Shown piece after piece: positions 38,703-48,129 of a stretch of DNA of 64,000 nt. The stretch lies in sequence record LR756501.1; one strand, given 5' to 3'. Under the pieces are notes generated by a model. The model was not told the DNA's origin, made no database searches, and saw only the letters and a list, made by a program, of their open reading frames with translations. The translations under genes and the position numbers were made by a program. How positions within the stretch are numbered: the stretch's first letter is position 1; each line of letters opens with the position of its first letter.

Positions 38703-39282
38703 TTTGTTTTTCGCTTATTTTATTACATAGTTCTATAAACTTATCTTCATTTAATGTGTTCTTCATATAATTAATTTCTTTAATAACCCATTGTACATTG
38801 CCTTTAATATATCCTTTACTATTATCGATTCTATCTAAAGAAGCTATATACTTATCTTTTTTTCTAATTTTTCTGGTTTCAAATTCTATTGGCAAACCAG
38901 ATAAACTACATTTTTTATTCTGTTCTTCAAATATAGACCAAGCATATTCTATGCTTATTTTGAAATCTATACTTCTTTTTTCAGCCCCCTTTAATAAAGA
39001 TTTCCAATAACCTCCAGAAATATCCTTATACCCTGTCCAATTATGATTTTTTGCTGTATCTTTCAGATAACACCCACAACTTTTAGTAATTCCTTTTATT
39101 ACTGTGTAATAATCATAATTTTTAATCTTTCCACAATCACATCTACACTTCCAAAATCTTTTATTGGATCTAGATTCTACTTCTTCAATAAATTCCAATC
39201 TATTAAATTTTTGATTTTTTTCTGGTTTAAAATAAACTTTCTTTGTTTTTAATTCAATATTATATTGAAATAAAAATATCAT
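38671..39282 (-). CDS. HNH/His-Me finger homing endonuclease-like protein
   Basis: WKCRCDCG, KSCGC, SLDRIDNSKGYIKGNVQWV..N. Confidence 0.75.
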   Translation of the reverse strand: MIFLFQYNIELKTKKVYFKPEKNQKFNRLEFIEEVESRSNKRFWKCRCDCGKIKNYDYYTVIKGITKSCGCYLKDTAKNHNWTGYKDISGGYWKSLLKGAEKRSIDFKISIEYAWSIFEEQNKKCSLSGLPIEFETRKIRKKDKYIASLDRIDNSKGYIKGNVQWVIKEINYMKNTLNEDKFIELCNKISEKQNAKYHIILEK

Positions 39283-39316
39283 ATTTTACTAAATACTATT
39301 ATGTTCATTTTTTAAT

Positions 39317-40027
39317 TTATTTTTGCCATATTTCCATTTTTTTCACTATCATTCTTTGTCCTGATTCGCTATCAGTATATAGATGTGTAAATGGTGGACC
39401 ATATCCTGCTTGAATATTCATCACCCAGAATATAGGCACATTTGGTATATGATTTGTTGTTGTATAGAAAGGTAATTTATCAACGTACCACGTTAATCTA
39501 TCAGTATCCCATAAAACAGAAAATTCGTGAAATCCTTCGTCAAAATTAGTTTTTTGCCAAGTAAGATTGATTCCTTCTGAATTATCATTACCGTTATTAT
39601 CCCAGTGATGAGTAAACCAAAGTTGATTTGATTGTCCACCAGCTAGTTCAACTATATCAATTTCAGGTTGCCAACCAAGTTTATTATATCCCCATAAAGC
39701 TGGAAAATATAATAACCCTTTCGGGGGCATTTTAGCTGTAAAACTTATATAACCGTAAAGTGTTTCTAAGAATTGAAACGAGCATAATTGTCCACAAAGA
39801 TCAACTCCATCACCTTTCTTAGCTATAAGATGAACACCGTCATCGTGTTGCTCAATAGATTCTTTTACCCATTTAACATTTACCTTTTGATCTTGTCCAC
39901 CTGGATAAAGCCATGTCCATTTATTCCAATCAATAGGATTCAAGAAATCTTCTACGAAGACTTGATTATATCCATTTAGATTTACAGATGGACCAATTGG
40001 TTTAGGATTACGTTTAAATATACACAT
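39317..40027 (-). CDS. glycoside hydrolase family 16
   Basis: FPALW, PEIDIVE catalytic ExDxxE, FHEFSVLW, WYVD. Confidence 0.85.
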   Translation of the reverse strand: MCIFKRNPKPIGPSVNLNGYNQVFVEDFLNPIDWNKWTWLYPGGQDQKVNVKWVKESIEQHDDGVHLIAKKGDGVDLCGQLCSFQFLETLYGYISFTAKMPPKGLLYFPALWGYNKLGWQPEIDIVELAGGQSNQLWFTHHWDNNGNDNSEGINLTWQKTNFDEGFHEFSVLWDTDRLTWYVDKLPFYTTTNHIPNVPIFWVMNIQAGYGPPFTHLYTDSESGQRMIVKKMEIWQK

Positions 40028-40075
40028 TTAGTTTTTTTGAATTATATCACACTAAATTGTATAAGTTTATTGTGA

Positions 40076-40417
40076 TCACGAAAAAGGTAAAGCCCCACCC
40101 ATAAGATGATACAATAACCATGAACCGTATATTATAAAAGCTAAAGCGTTAATTCCTCCCCAAGCCAAGGTACTAAAATCTGGAATAAAATCATCATTAC
40201 CGCTCCATAAAGTGTACTCCCAAAATGAAGGACCTTCTTTTATAGTTGGATAACCAAAATTATATTTAGGTCTTTTAACAAACCATATAATTGATCTAAC
40301 TGTAAATATACCTAAGCATACTAAATTCAGTACAATTAGCATAGCTAAATAAGCCATTGGATCAGACGGACCAGATCCTGAGTCCACCATAATCGGCATA
40401 AACATTTGTCCTAACAT
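40076..40417 (-). CDS. membrane protein
   Basis: Two hydrophobic segments. Confidence 0.6.
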   Translation of the reverse strand: MLGQMFMPIMVDSGSGPSDPMAYLAMLIVLNLVCLGIFTVRSIIWFVKRPKYNFGYPTIKEGPSFWEYTLWSGNDDFIPDFSTLAWGGINALAFIIYGSWLLYHLMGGALPFS

Positions 40418-40418
40418 A

Positions 40419-40673
40419 TTAATTTTCGTTTTCTATTATTAATTTTCCTAATTCTCTTTCAGGAATAAATTTCAAATGCTTAACGTTGAAATACTTATCA
40501 AGATAAGATAAAACTGAATTAATTTCGTTGGTATCAGCGAACGATATCTGTACGTAATCCTGTGTCTTAAAATATACTGTTATATAACCGCCTCCAGCCT
40601 TTTGATTGTAAAAAGTTGGAACGTAACGGTGAATATTATCAGGATCTATCCTGTGATTATTAATATTTATCAT
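40419..40673 (-). CDS. hypothetical protein
   Basis: 84-aa ORF in operon. Confidence 0.6.
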   Translation of the reverse strand: MININNHRIDPDNIHRYVPTFYNQKAGGGYITVYFKTQDYVQISFADTNEINSVLSYLDKYFNVKHLKFIPERELGKLIIENEN

Positions 40674-40681
40674 TGCTTTTT

Positions 40682-40981
40682 TTATTTAAGATTTTGTAAC
40701 ATTCCCAACATATCTGACTGATTAAAACCAAGATATTCATTAGTCTTCTTCATGTCTTCATCTAGCTCACGACCGAACTTATCTTTATAATCAGTTTTTA
40801 AGTTCTCACTAAATTCCTTGGCAATCTTGAACATTTTCATCATACCTGGTTTTTCAGTTGCTAGTCTTTCTTGAAGTTCTTTAAACTTTGGCATCATCCA
40901 CTCATTGAGTTCGTCAATGATTTTCTTTACCTCAGGATCTTCAATGTTTTCAAATTTTGCTTTAATTTCTTCTGGATTCAT
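40682..40981 (-). CDS. hypothetical protein
   Basis: 99-aa helical ORF. Confidence 0.6.
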   Translation of the reverse strand: MNPEEIKAKFENIEDPEVKKIIDELNEWMMPKFKELQERLATEKPGMMKMFKIAKEFSENLKTDYKDKFGRELDEDMKKTNEYLGFNQSDMLGMLQNLK

Positions 40982-40993
40982 TTTGTTTTATTT

Positions 40994-41428
40994 TTATTTG
41001 TTTATAATTCCGTTTGTTGTTTTAAAAAATCTATCCTTTTTAATATATTTAAAAAATAATGTATCTCCTACTTTTCTACTGTAATAAAAACTATCCCATT
41101 TATTATCTATATTGAGTTCTGGTAAACCTCCAGCAACTAACTCTGCGTAATAAGTGGTATCGATCATTCTCTGTATGATGATCAATTTATTTTGTGGGTC
41201 TTTATGTTTTATAATACAATATTCTTTCCAATATAGAGATTCTATTCTATTTTTCTTATTTAATTCATCTAAAGCTCTTATACCTGATATAACCACTATA
41301 GCAATAGTAACCCCGAATAAGAATTTTAATACCCATTTTATCTTAGGCCACCAAATAAATTTAAATTTATGTTCGTCTTCCCACTGCTCTTCACCGTAGG
41401 GGTCCACATTTTTTCTTATTTTTTTCAT
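40994..41428 (-). CDS. membrane-anchored protein with N-terminal DPYGEEQW tag
   Basis: MKKIRKNVDPYGEEQWED then one TM helix. Confidence 0.7.
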   Translation of the reverse strand: MKKIRKNVDPYGEEQWEDEHKFKFIWWPKIKWVLKFLFGVTIAIVVISGIRALDELNKKNRIESLYWKEYCIIKHKDPQNKLIIIQRMIDTTYYAELVAGGLPELNIDNKWDSFYYSRKVGDTLFFKYIKKDRFFKTTNGIINK

Positions 41429-42462
41429 CTTATAACTGGATTATATATTCCGTCATTATGTTTAATGGTATCGTCTTCCCATCGCTCTTCCCCGTAAGGA
41501 TCTAATTCTGTTATTTTTCTGTTCCTTTTAATAGCTACACAAAACAAATGATTTTCCTGTTGTACCTTAAAAGTCTCTATTTCAAATCCAATTCTTTCTA
41601 ATTCTTTTTTCAATTCATCATCGTAATCCACCTCTGTTGGTTGATTAAAGAAGTGGCAATATCCTCTACCCTTATCGTCCTTTAATCCCCATACCCAACT
41701 ATCCTTATTTTCTTCCGTCATTATGAAAGACGAAAATACCATTATACCATTATCATTCAACCTCTTAAAAGCCTTCTTTAAATAATTAAACCTTTGTTTT
41801 TGCGATAAATGTTGAAATACATTCATAGAATAGACTATATCTAAATCCCTGGGTATTTCCTTTGGAATTTTCCAACCGTCGTTCTCATATAGATTGGCGA
41901 ATCTGTCTATTCTTTTATCAATATCTATGCCAAAATATTCTATTCGTGGCATCACTTTAGCACAATTATTATGTAACCATTCAGCGAAAGCACCAAACCC
42001 GTAACCTATTTCTAATATCTTTATATTTTTACCACTATTTAAAGTGTCTTGAATTTTGGTAGCCACAGCAGTTAAAGCCCCCTGTGTGTAAGCAAAACTA
42101 TTATTCGCAATGTTGGCTGTGTGCTCGTCTTTAACTTTTGCTCCTGTTACCGCAAGAAGTTTATATCCGTCATCTAATGTTTTCCAAAATCCTTGATTAT
42201 CAATATTTTCAGGAAATAATTTCTTTAATACTTTTTTAGGAACTATAGTTCTTCCAAATTGTTTAACTGACGGCTGTCCTATTTTTTTTGCTATTTCAGC
42301 CTTTTGTTCGTCAGTCATTTCTATTGTGACGACTTTTGCTTTATCGCACATATCGTCCCAAAACTGTTTGCTAGCTGGTAATATTTTATCTTTGATTTTC
42401 AGAGTGTAACCATCGTTATAATATTTATAATAAGGCCACAAAAAGTTCTTCCATTTCTTCAT
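41425..42462 (-). CDS. class I SAM-dependent methyltransferase with C-terminal DPYGEERW tag
   Basis: ILEIGYGFG, GIDID, DIVYSMNVFQHL. Confidence 0.8.
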   Translation of the reverse strand: MKKWKNFLWPYYKYYNDGYTLKIKDKILPASKQFWDDMCDKAKVVTIEMTDEQKAEIAKKIGQPSVKQFGRTIVPKKVLKKLFPENIDNQGFWKTLDDGYKLLAVTGAKVKDEHTANIANNSFAYTQGALTAVATKIQDTLNSGKNIKILEIGYGFGAFAEWLHNNCAKVMPRIEYFGIDIDKRIDRFANLYENDGWKIPKEIPRDLDIVYSMNVFQHLSQKQRFNYLKKAFKRLNDNGIMVFSSFIMTEENKDSWVWGLKDDKGRGYCHFFNQPTEVDYDDELKKELERIGFEIETFKVQQENHLFCVAIKRNRKITELDPYGEERWEDDTIKHNDGIYNPVIR

Positions 42463-42854
42463 TTTATTTGTTTTAGTAAATCAATTCTATCTTGTATATC
42501 ATCAAGGCAGCGATTAGCAGTGAACGTAATTTTATTCATACAATCCCACCATTTCTTGTATTCCTTATCAATTATATCTTTAGGGGCTTTCTTTATAAAA
42601 CTTTCGTTATCTAGTCTCGCCTCTGTTTTTTCTAAGAAATCTCTTAGACTTTCTAATTCCTTTTTCTTTTCGTTGTATTTTTCCCAAAAGTTTTCTTCAA
42701 TATCTTCTCTTTTATCGTGAATTACGGCCATAGATCTACCACCACTCTGAAACTTTATAGTATTAGCGGTTGGAAGAGCATCGTACTCTTCTTCTGTACA
42801 GTAAATGATTTTACAGTTACAGAATTTTTCTATCATAAAATCAAACCTATTCAC
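42459..42854 (-). CDS. hypothetical with ValRS C-terminal coiled-coil-like segment
   Basis: ARLDNESFIKKAPKDIIDKE. Confidence 0.6.
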   Translation of the reverse strand: MNRFDFMIEKFCNCKIIYCTEEEYDALPTANTIKFQSGGRSMAVIHDKREDIEENFWEKYNEKKKELESLRDFLEKTEARLDNESFIKKAPKDIIDKEYKKWWDCMNKITFTANRCLDDIQDRIDLLKQIK

Positions 42855-43866
42855 CGTACTTTTTCTTAAAAGTGTCGAAAAAATTAAGTATATCTTTATT
42901 AATAGTGTCCTGTGAAGAATTTATAATGTATTCACTAAATGGTTGTCTAGCAGTTCTAAAAGAGTCAATGAAAAATTGAAAGTCCTCCTTCTTCAGTTCA
43001 GGACAAAGTTTCTTAATAACGTTACCGTTAAACTTATCCTTAATGCTTACTCTATCTTTCTGTATAGCATCAAGTTTCTCCTTGAAATGTGCTTCTGGGA
43101 AGAACTTATCTACTCTATCATATATTTCTTGTAGATTACCGTCTTCCCTAAATTTATAATTATCTTCACCTGTCTTTAATGGCTTCACATACTCTAACCA
43201 TTCTTGATAAGTCTTTCTCTTTGTGTTCCTCTCCCTATTCATCTTATTAATACGATAAAGAGCAACACCAGCGTCACTATAACCATATGGTTCAAGATCA
43301 GATACATATGGATTGAAATATTTTGATTTAACGATATAATCAAAAACTTCTTTAAGAGTATCGAAACCTTGATGGAATTTGGCTGGGCTTAAATCTAGGA
43401 ACGAAAGTATTTTATCTATGTTTTTTGATATTAATATATTGCCAAGTTTTTGTCCTTTGATATAGTGATTATATGTAAGTCCGTCAAATCCAAATTTAAG
43501 ATGGTTATATTTAGCTAGTTGACCAATAAGATTTCCAAGATCGTTATAACTATAATAGTGATAAGCTATATTAAAATCTTCTGGTTTTATTTTTATAAAG
43601 TCTATTTGAAAATCCTTGTAGTTGAATGATATAACAGATTCACCGTTATTATTACATTCACATCTAGCAAAAATTCTCATTAGAGTTTCAGTAGGCACAG
43701 TATCTTTGATAAGGACGTCCAAATCTCCAAAGTCCTTTTTATCTTTATAATAAAGAGGAATTTTATATTCTATCTCGTAGAATTTCATTATAGATTCGAT
43801 GTTCGCTCTATATTTATTAAATTCTATCAAAGGTAATCTTGATGTGCCAAAAAGTAATCCACCCAT
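42847..43866 (-). CDS. Pol-beta/PolX-like nucleotidyltransferase
   Basis: KKDFGDLDVLI, FQIDFI, YYSYNDLGNLIG. Confidence 0.7.
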   Translation of the reverse strand: MGGLLFGTSRLPLIEFNKYRANIESIMKFYEIEYKIPLYYKDKKDFGDLDVLIKDTVPTETLMRIFARCECNNNGESVISFNYKDFQIDFIKIKPEDFNIAYHYYSYNDLGNLIGQLAKYNHLKFGFDGLTYNHYIKGQKLGNILISKNIDKILSFLDLSPAKFHQGFDTLKEVFDYIVKSKYFNPYVSDLEPYGYSDAGVALYRINKMNRERNTKRKTYQEWLEYVKPLKTGEDNYKFREDGNLQEIYDRVDKFFPEAHFKEKLDAIQKDRVSIKDKFNGNVIKKLCPELKKEDFQFFIDSFRTARQPFSEYIINSSQDTINKDILNFFDTFKKKYGE

Positions 43867-43882
43867 TTTATTTATTTATTTT

Positions 43883-44272
43883 TTAAGGGTTATCTGTGAA
43901 ACAAATTCTTCCGTCTTCTGTTAAGAAAACCCAAGCTTCAAATCTATATTTATCCGAATCAAAATAGAATTCGTAACATTCTTCCCCGCCTAATTCTTTA
44001 ATACTTACTCCACCACCGTCGTGCTTCAATTTCTCAGGATTAATAGTAGCTGTAAAAGGGTCATCAGGATTGTTTTTCTTACTATATACAATTGGGAGTT
44101 TCCAATTTAAATATTTTACAACAATCTCAAATAAATCCATTCTTGGAAAAGTGTCCCAGTACCAATCCTTACGGGGTACATGTCTAGCGTGATAAAATTT
44201 CATCAAACTATTATCTTCCTTGAATTCAGTTGTTCCGATGAACTCTTTAAATTCTCTTATCAAATTATCCAT
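43883..44272 (-). CDS. hypothetical protein
   Basis: 129 aa; TAATATATA box at 44288-44296. Confidence 0.65.
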   Translation of the reverse strand: MDNLIREFKEFIGTTEFKEDNSLMKFYHARHVPRKDWYWDTFPRMDLFEIVVKYLNWKLPIVYSKKNNPDDPFTATINPEKLKHDGGGVSIKELGGEECYEFYFDSDKYRFEAWVFLTEDGRICFTDNP

Positions 44273-44293
44273 ATCTTTTTTTTATTCTATATA

Positions 44294-45694
44294 TTAATCT
44301 ATCCACCAGTGATCTGATCCATAATCGTAATGTTCCACGTGTTCCTGTCTACTTAATTCATCAGCCATAACTTGTTCCAATTCTCTCAAAATTTCTTGTG
44401 ATGTAGTAGGAACTATTACTGGTGTATCTTCCCCAGCTTCACCTGATACACCTGTGGCTTCACCTATACCGACATCTCTTATACCTGGTGTTCCAACAAC
44501 TCCATAATCATCCCAACCACTCCCAGAACTTGATCTTAGACCAGATTTGAGCTCTTCGCCTTTCTTTCTCTTCTCTGCGTATTCTTTTTTTTTAGCTTCG
44601 ATTATATCTTTATTATTAAGATGATCATATTTTTCATTGAAAATATAATCTCTTATTTCGTCACAAAGAACAGCGTGATCCTTCCAAATCCATGTATCTA
44701 ATGTGTAAGACCTCATTGCGTTACCACTATATACATTCATATTCATATAATCTATATAGATTATCTCACTGGACGTGTGAACGTCGTGTTCCATATCACA
44801 GAAAACAAAGTAATTATACATAAGATGACCGCCCCTGTGATCACTAACGCAAATCACGTTAGTATTATCCTTTGGTGTATAATTACTTATTTTCCTTGTT
44901 TCTAAATCTAACCACTTAAAAGTATCAAGATAAGGGTAATATTCAAAATGTGACTTATCTAATATAATATCAAATTCTTTTATAACATCTTCGTCATTGA
45001 AAACCAAATGTTTAGGAGTTGACCAGTTATTAAATTTCTTGTAATAACAATTATTTTCTTTAGCCCACTGGTAAAAGTAATTGGTATATAAATCGTTACA
45101 TACGTAGATTCTATCCATTAATTTGAAATCTGTTCCGTTCCAAAGAACAGCTCTACCCATTACTTTATCGTGTTGGTCTAACATGACTAACATGTTAATT
45201 TGATTAGGGTTTTCAACGTAGATTTGGAAGAAATTGGATGGTACGCAAGCCATGCAAGAATTACCTAGTGACCCTCTTCTTTCAAAATAATTAGCTTGAG
45301 CGTAATATTTAGAAATATCCTCACCCTTAACGACTTCCATACGGAAGACGGGTGGATCCACAATAGATAGAAATTGAGTGGTAAAATTTTCGAGTTCCCA
45401 ATCGTGTATTTTAAAAAGTTTTTTAATAACACTACCAGGTCTAGCGTGATAGCGTTTTTTAGGTTCCCAATAGTTTTTATCTTCTGCTTCAATCTTATCA
45501 ATTCTATCTTTAGTAAGATAGCTTAAATGTCCTTTACTCGTATGAGAAAGATCGAAGTAATTGAAATTCTTATCAGGGTGGGATAGTGTAGTTTCATCTA
45601 TCTCGTCTTGTAAGAGAAGTCTAGCGATATCACTATTGATCTTTACTAATACGTTTTTTAATTCTGGTGTAATTATTATCTTTCTACTCGACAT
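44294..45694 (-). CDS. hypothetical phage protein (GNSCM / GRAVLW / MDRIY / YPYLDTF family)
   Basis: Collinear motifs shared with 11131 and 12652 proteins. Confidence 0.7.
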   Translation of the reverse strand: MSSRKIIITPELKNVLVKINSDIARLLLQDEIDETTLSHPDKNFNYFDLSHTSKGHLSYLTKDRIDKIEAEDKNYWEPKKRYHARPGSVIKKLFKIHDWELENFTTQFLSIVDPPVFRMEVVKGEDISKYYAQANYFERRGSLGNSCMACVPSNFFQIYVENPNQINMLVMLDQHDKVMGRAVLWNGTDFKLMDRIYVCNDLYTNYFYQWAKENNCYYKKFNNWSTPKHLVFNDEDVIKEFDIILDKSHFEYYPYLDTFKWLDLETRKISNYTPKDNTNVICVSDHRGGHLMYNYFVFCDMEHDVHTSSEIIYIDYMNMNVYSGNAMRSYTLDTWIWKDHAVLCDEIRDYIFNEKYDHLNNKDIIEAKKKEYAEKRKKGEELKSGLRSSSGSGWDDYGVVGTPGIRDVGIGEATGVSGEAGEDTPVIVPTTSQEILRELEQVMADELSRQEHVEHYDYGSDHWWID

Positions 45695-45697
45695 ATT

Positions 45698-45997
45698 TTA
45701 GTTTATTGAAAATGCAAATGTTACTTTTATTTTAAAATGTATTCTTATACCATACGTTCTAGGCTCAATAACAGCAGTATATGGGTAATTATCGTAAAAG
45801 AATTTCTTAATCTCTACAAATTTTGATTTTGGATATGTACCATATAAATCTACTTTATTTTCGTTATATGAATACGTTTGTATCTCACAACCAAAATCTC
45901 TTAACTTCTCAAACAAAAAACCACCAGATAACTCCATACTGTTATCCCACAAGGAATAAACCCTTTTGCCATTGTCGTAGTTACAAGTGTAATTCAT
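45698..45997 (-). CDS. hypothetical protein
   Basis: 99-aa ORF. Confidence 0.55.
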   Translation of the reverse strand: MNYTCNYDNGKRVYSLWDNSMELSGGFLFEKLRDFGCEIQTYSYNENKVDLYGTYPKSKFVEIKKFFYDNYPYTAVIEPRTYGIRIHFKIKVTFAFSIN

Positions 45998-46045
45998 TAA
46001 ATTGGTATTTTAACAAAATTAACGATAATATTTCGATAATACAAA

Positions 46046-46699
46046 TTATTTTTCACTTTTTATAAATCCACCTTTCTTCCATATAAGATAGGCATTAAAG
46101 GCGGTTATAAACAAAGCTATTACTAACCATACATACATCCACATACCTGGCGCTCCACCTACTGCTGCAGAATACTGCTGTAAATCGCTTTGAGGATGAA
46201 CATTGAAATTCATCAAAGCGTCAATGAGAGACATTGATCCAAGTGCTATTAGAACATAATTACTAATTATAGCCAACTTCCAACTTACAATTAAAAAGAA
46301 AGCCGCGTAAATTAATAAAATCAAAGAGGACCCAACTGAATTAAATAACATAACAGCGAAGAAAGCACACAATAAGAATAACATAAAAGATATTATCCTT
46401 GATACTTTATAACTAGTAAATCCAAAGAATATGAATAAGTTGGCAAATATAATACTACCAAGATAACCAGCCATTGTTACAATAGCCATATTCCCTCCAC
46501 CAGTTTGAGTAAAACCACCTCCTTCCGGTGAAATTTCTAAAAGAGACACGTGTCCACCTGTTAACCAAGCTCCTACAGCGTGTCCGCCTTCGTGTATAAT
46601 AGTAACAAGATATTCAACTGGAACCATAATAATTCCAAGACCAATAGTGTTCATAAACAGAAACAACACTGCTGATAATAATAAAACTATAAATTTCAT
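46046..46699 (-). CDS. M50B-like membrane metallopeptidase
   Basis: IIHEGGHA, AGYLG, distal SDL, multiple TM helices. Confidence 0.8.
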   Translation of the reverse strand: MKFIVLLLSAVLFLFMNTIGLGIIMVPVEYLVTIIHEGGHAVGAWLTGGHVSLLEISPEGGGFTQTGGGNMAIVTMAGYLGSIIFANLFIFFGFTSYKVSRIISFMLFLLCAFFAVMLFNSVGSSLILLIYAAFFLIVSWKLAIISNYVLIALGSMSLIDALMNFNVHPQSDLQQYSAAVGGAPGMWMYVWLVIALFITAFNAYLIWKKGGFIKSEK

Positions 46700-46703
46700 G
46701 TTT

Positions 46704-46979
46704 TTAATCGTTAGGACGTAAATAAAATCTTTTCATATCACATAGTACTTGTACAAATGAACTTATATCACCAATACACATCTTCTCATTAATCTTAACC
46801 ATTGGCTGTTCACTTATACTTTGAATGAAGTCATACATTTCTCCAGGTGTATGTTCCTTCTCATTAAATCTAATACAATTATCTTTAATGTGTTTCTCCA
46901 CCTGTGACTCAGGAGCTTTACACAAGACTTTGATGATTTCTTCCATCAACCCAACCGATGCTTCTCGTTTCTCTTTCAT
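46704..46979 (-). CDS. hypothetical protein
   Basis: 91-aa ORF. Confidence 0.55.
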   Translation of the reverse strand: MKEKREASVGLMEEIIKVLCKAPESQVEKHIKDNCIRFNEKEHTPGEMYDFIQSISEQPMVKINEKMCIGDISSFVQVLCDMKRFYLRPND

Positions 46980-46981
46980 AA

Positions 46982-47866
46982 TCAGTAAATTACATTAGTA
47001 CTACTAAATCCGTTAGTTAAATTCTCACCATCAAAATTCAAATTAATATTTATACACTCTGGTTTGTAAGTGTTCTTGTAATAAACTTTTATTATTCTCT
47101 CATAATTCTTTGGAATATAAACATAATTGTTACACTTACAAATATCTTCATAAGTCCACTCTGTCGTCATTCTGAAATTCTCATCTAATAAATCCAACCC
47201 ATTAAAATCAATAAAATTGTCTTTACAAAAATCATTAATAGGCATTAGAGATACAAATCCTACACTCTTAATTTTCATATAGTTAGAGTACTCCAAGAAC
47301 TTAAATATTTCTTCTTTACTATCTATATAACCTTTAACTAAATTGCAGGACAAGTGGAATATACTTTTCTTTCTAATGTTCTTTCTAAGTTTCCTTAGGT
47401 CTTCACTTGATATTGTTTTAGTTCCAAAGATTTCGTTATTTTTATCATCGTCGTAATGGTGGCGACTGATTGAGAAATTATCAATAATTCCTATTAAACT
47501 TTTATCTTTAAAAACTTCTTTAAGGTTGACTCCGTTGGTATTAACTACAATGTAAGCGCCAGGGAGAACAGTTCTAGTTTTCTTTATGATTCTGCTTAAT
47601 TTATCTAAGTGGAGTGTAGGTTCACCACCGCTAAATGCCACCTTTTTAACTCTTACTTTATCTTCGAGTTCTTCTAGAATTTTATAGAATTTATCTTCGT
47701 TGAATGTTTGTGCGTCGTCTTGGTATTCACAGAATAGACATTTAGCGTTACAACCTTTTTGTCTAACATAAAGGAGGGCATATGGTTCTTCTACTTCTTG
47801 AGCGTCGTTTTCGAAATATTTACAGTAATGGGTACGGAGATTGATTTCTTTTCCGAATAGTTCCAT
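46982..47866 (-). CDS. radical SAM protein
   Basis: CNAKCLFC, SGGEPTLH, NTNG, ISRHHY; start at TAATG overlap. Confidence 0.88.
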   Translation of the reverse strand: MELFGKEINLRTHYCKYFENDAQEVEEPYALLYVRQKGCNAKCLFCEYQDDAQTFNEDKFYKILEELEDKVRVKKVAFSGGEPTLHLDKLSRIIKKTRTVLPGAYIVVNTNGVNLKEVFKDKSLIGIIDNFSISRHHYDDDKNNEIFGTKTISSEDLRKLRKNIRKKSIFHLSCNLVKGYIDSKEEIFKFLEYSNYMKIKSVGFVSLMPINDFCKDNFIDFNGLDLLDENFRMTTEWTYEDICKCNNYVYIPKNYERIIKVYYKNTYKPECININLNFDGENLTNGFSSTNVIY

Positions 47867-48129
47867 TAGTTCCTCCAAAATTTCTTTATTATTATTCTAG
47901 CGAGAAAAATACCAAATATTGTAAATGCCATCCAACTAATGATAGCTAGATCACGATAAGGTTCGTTGTTAAAAATAAATACAGGTATAACTCCTATACC
48001 AGATAGACAAGTGGATAGAATGAACATTTTCTTGTTCCATCTATCTTCTTGTTTACTATAAGAAGCGTTAAATGGTTTTCTTAAATCGTGCCCAAAGGCG
48101 TTATAATTGTTGTTGCTTAATTTTTCCAT
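47866..48129 (-). CDS. small membrane protein
   Basis: Two hydrophobic segments. Confidence 0.6.
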   Translation of the reverse strand: MEKLSNNNYNAFGHDLRKPFNASYSKQEDRWNKKMFILSTCLSGIGVIPVFIFNNEPYRDLAIISWMAFTIFGIFLARIIIKKFWRN

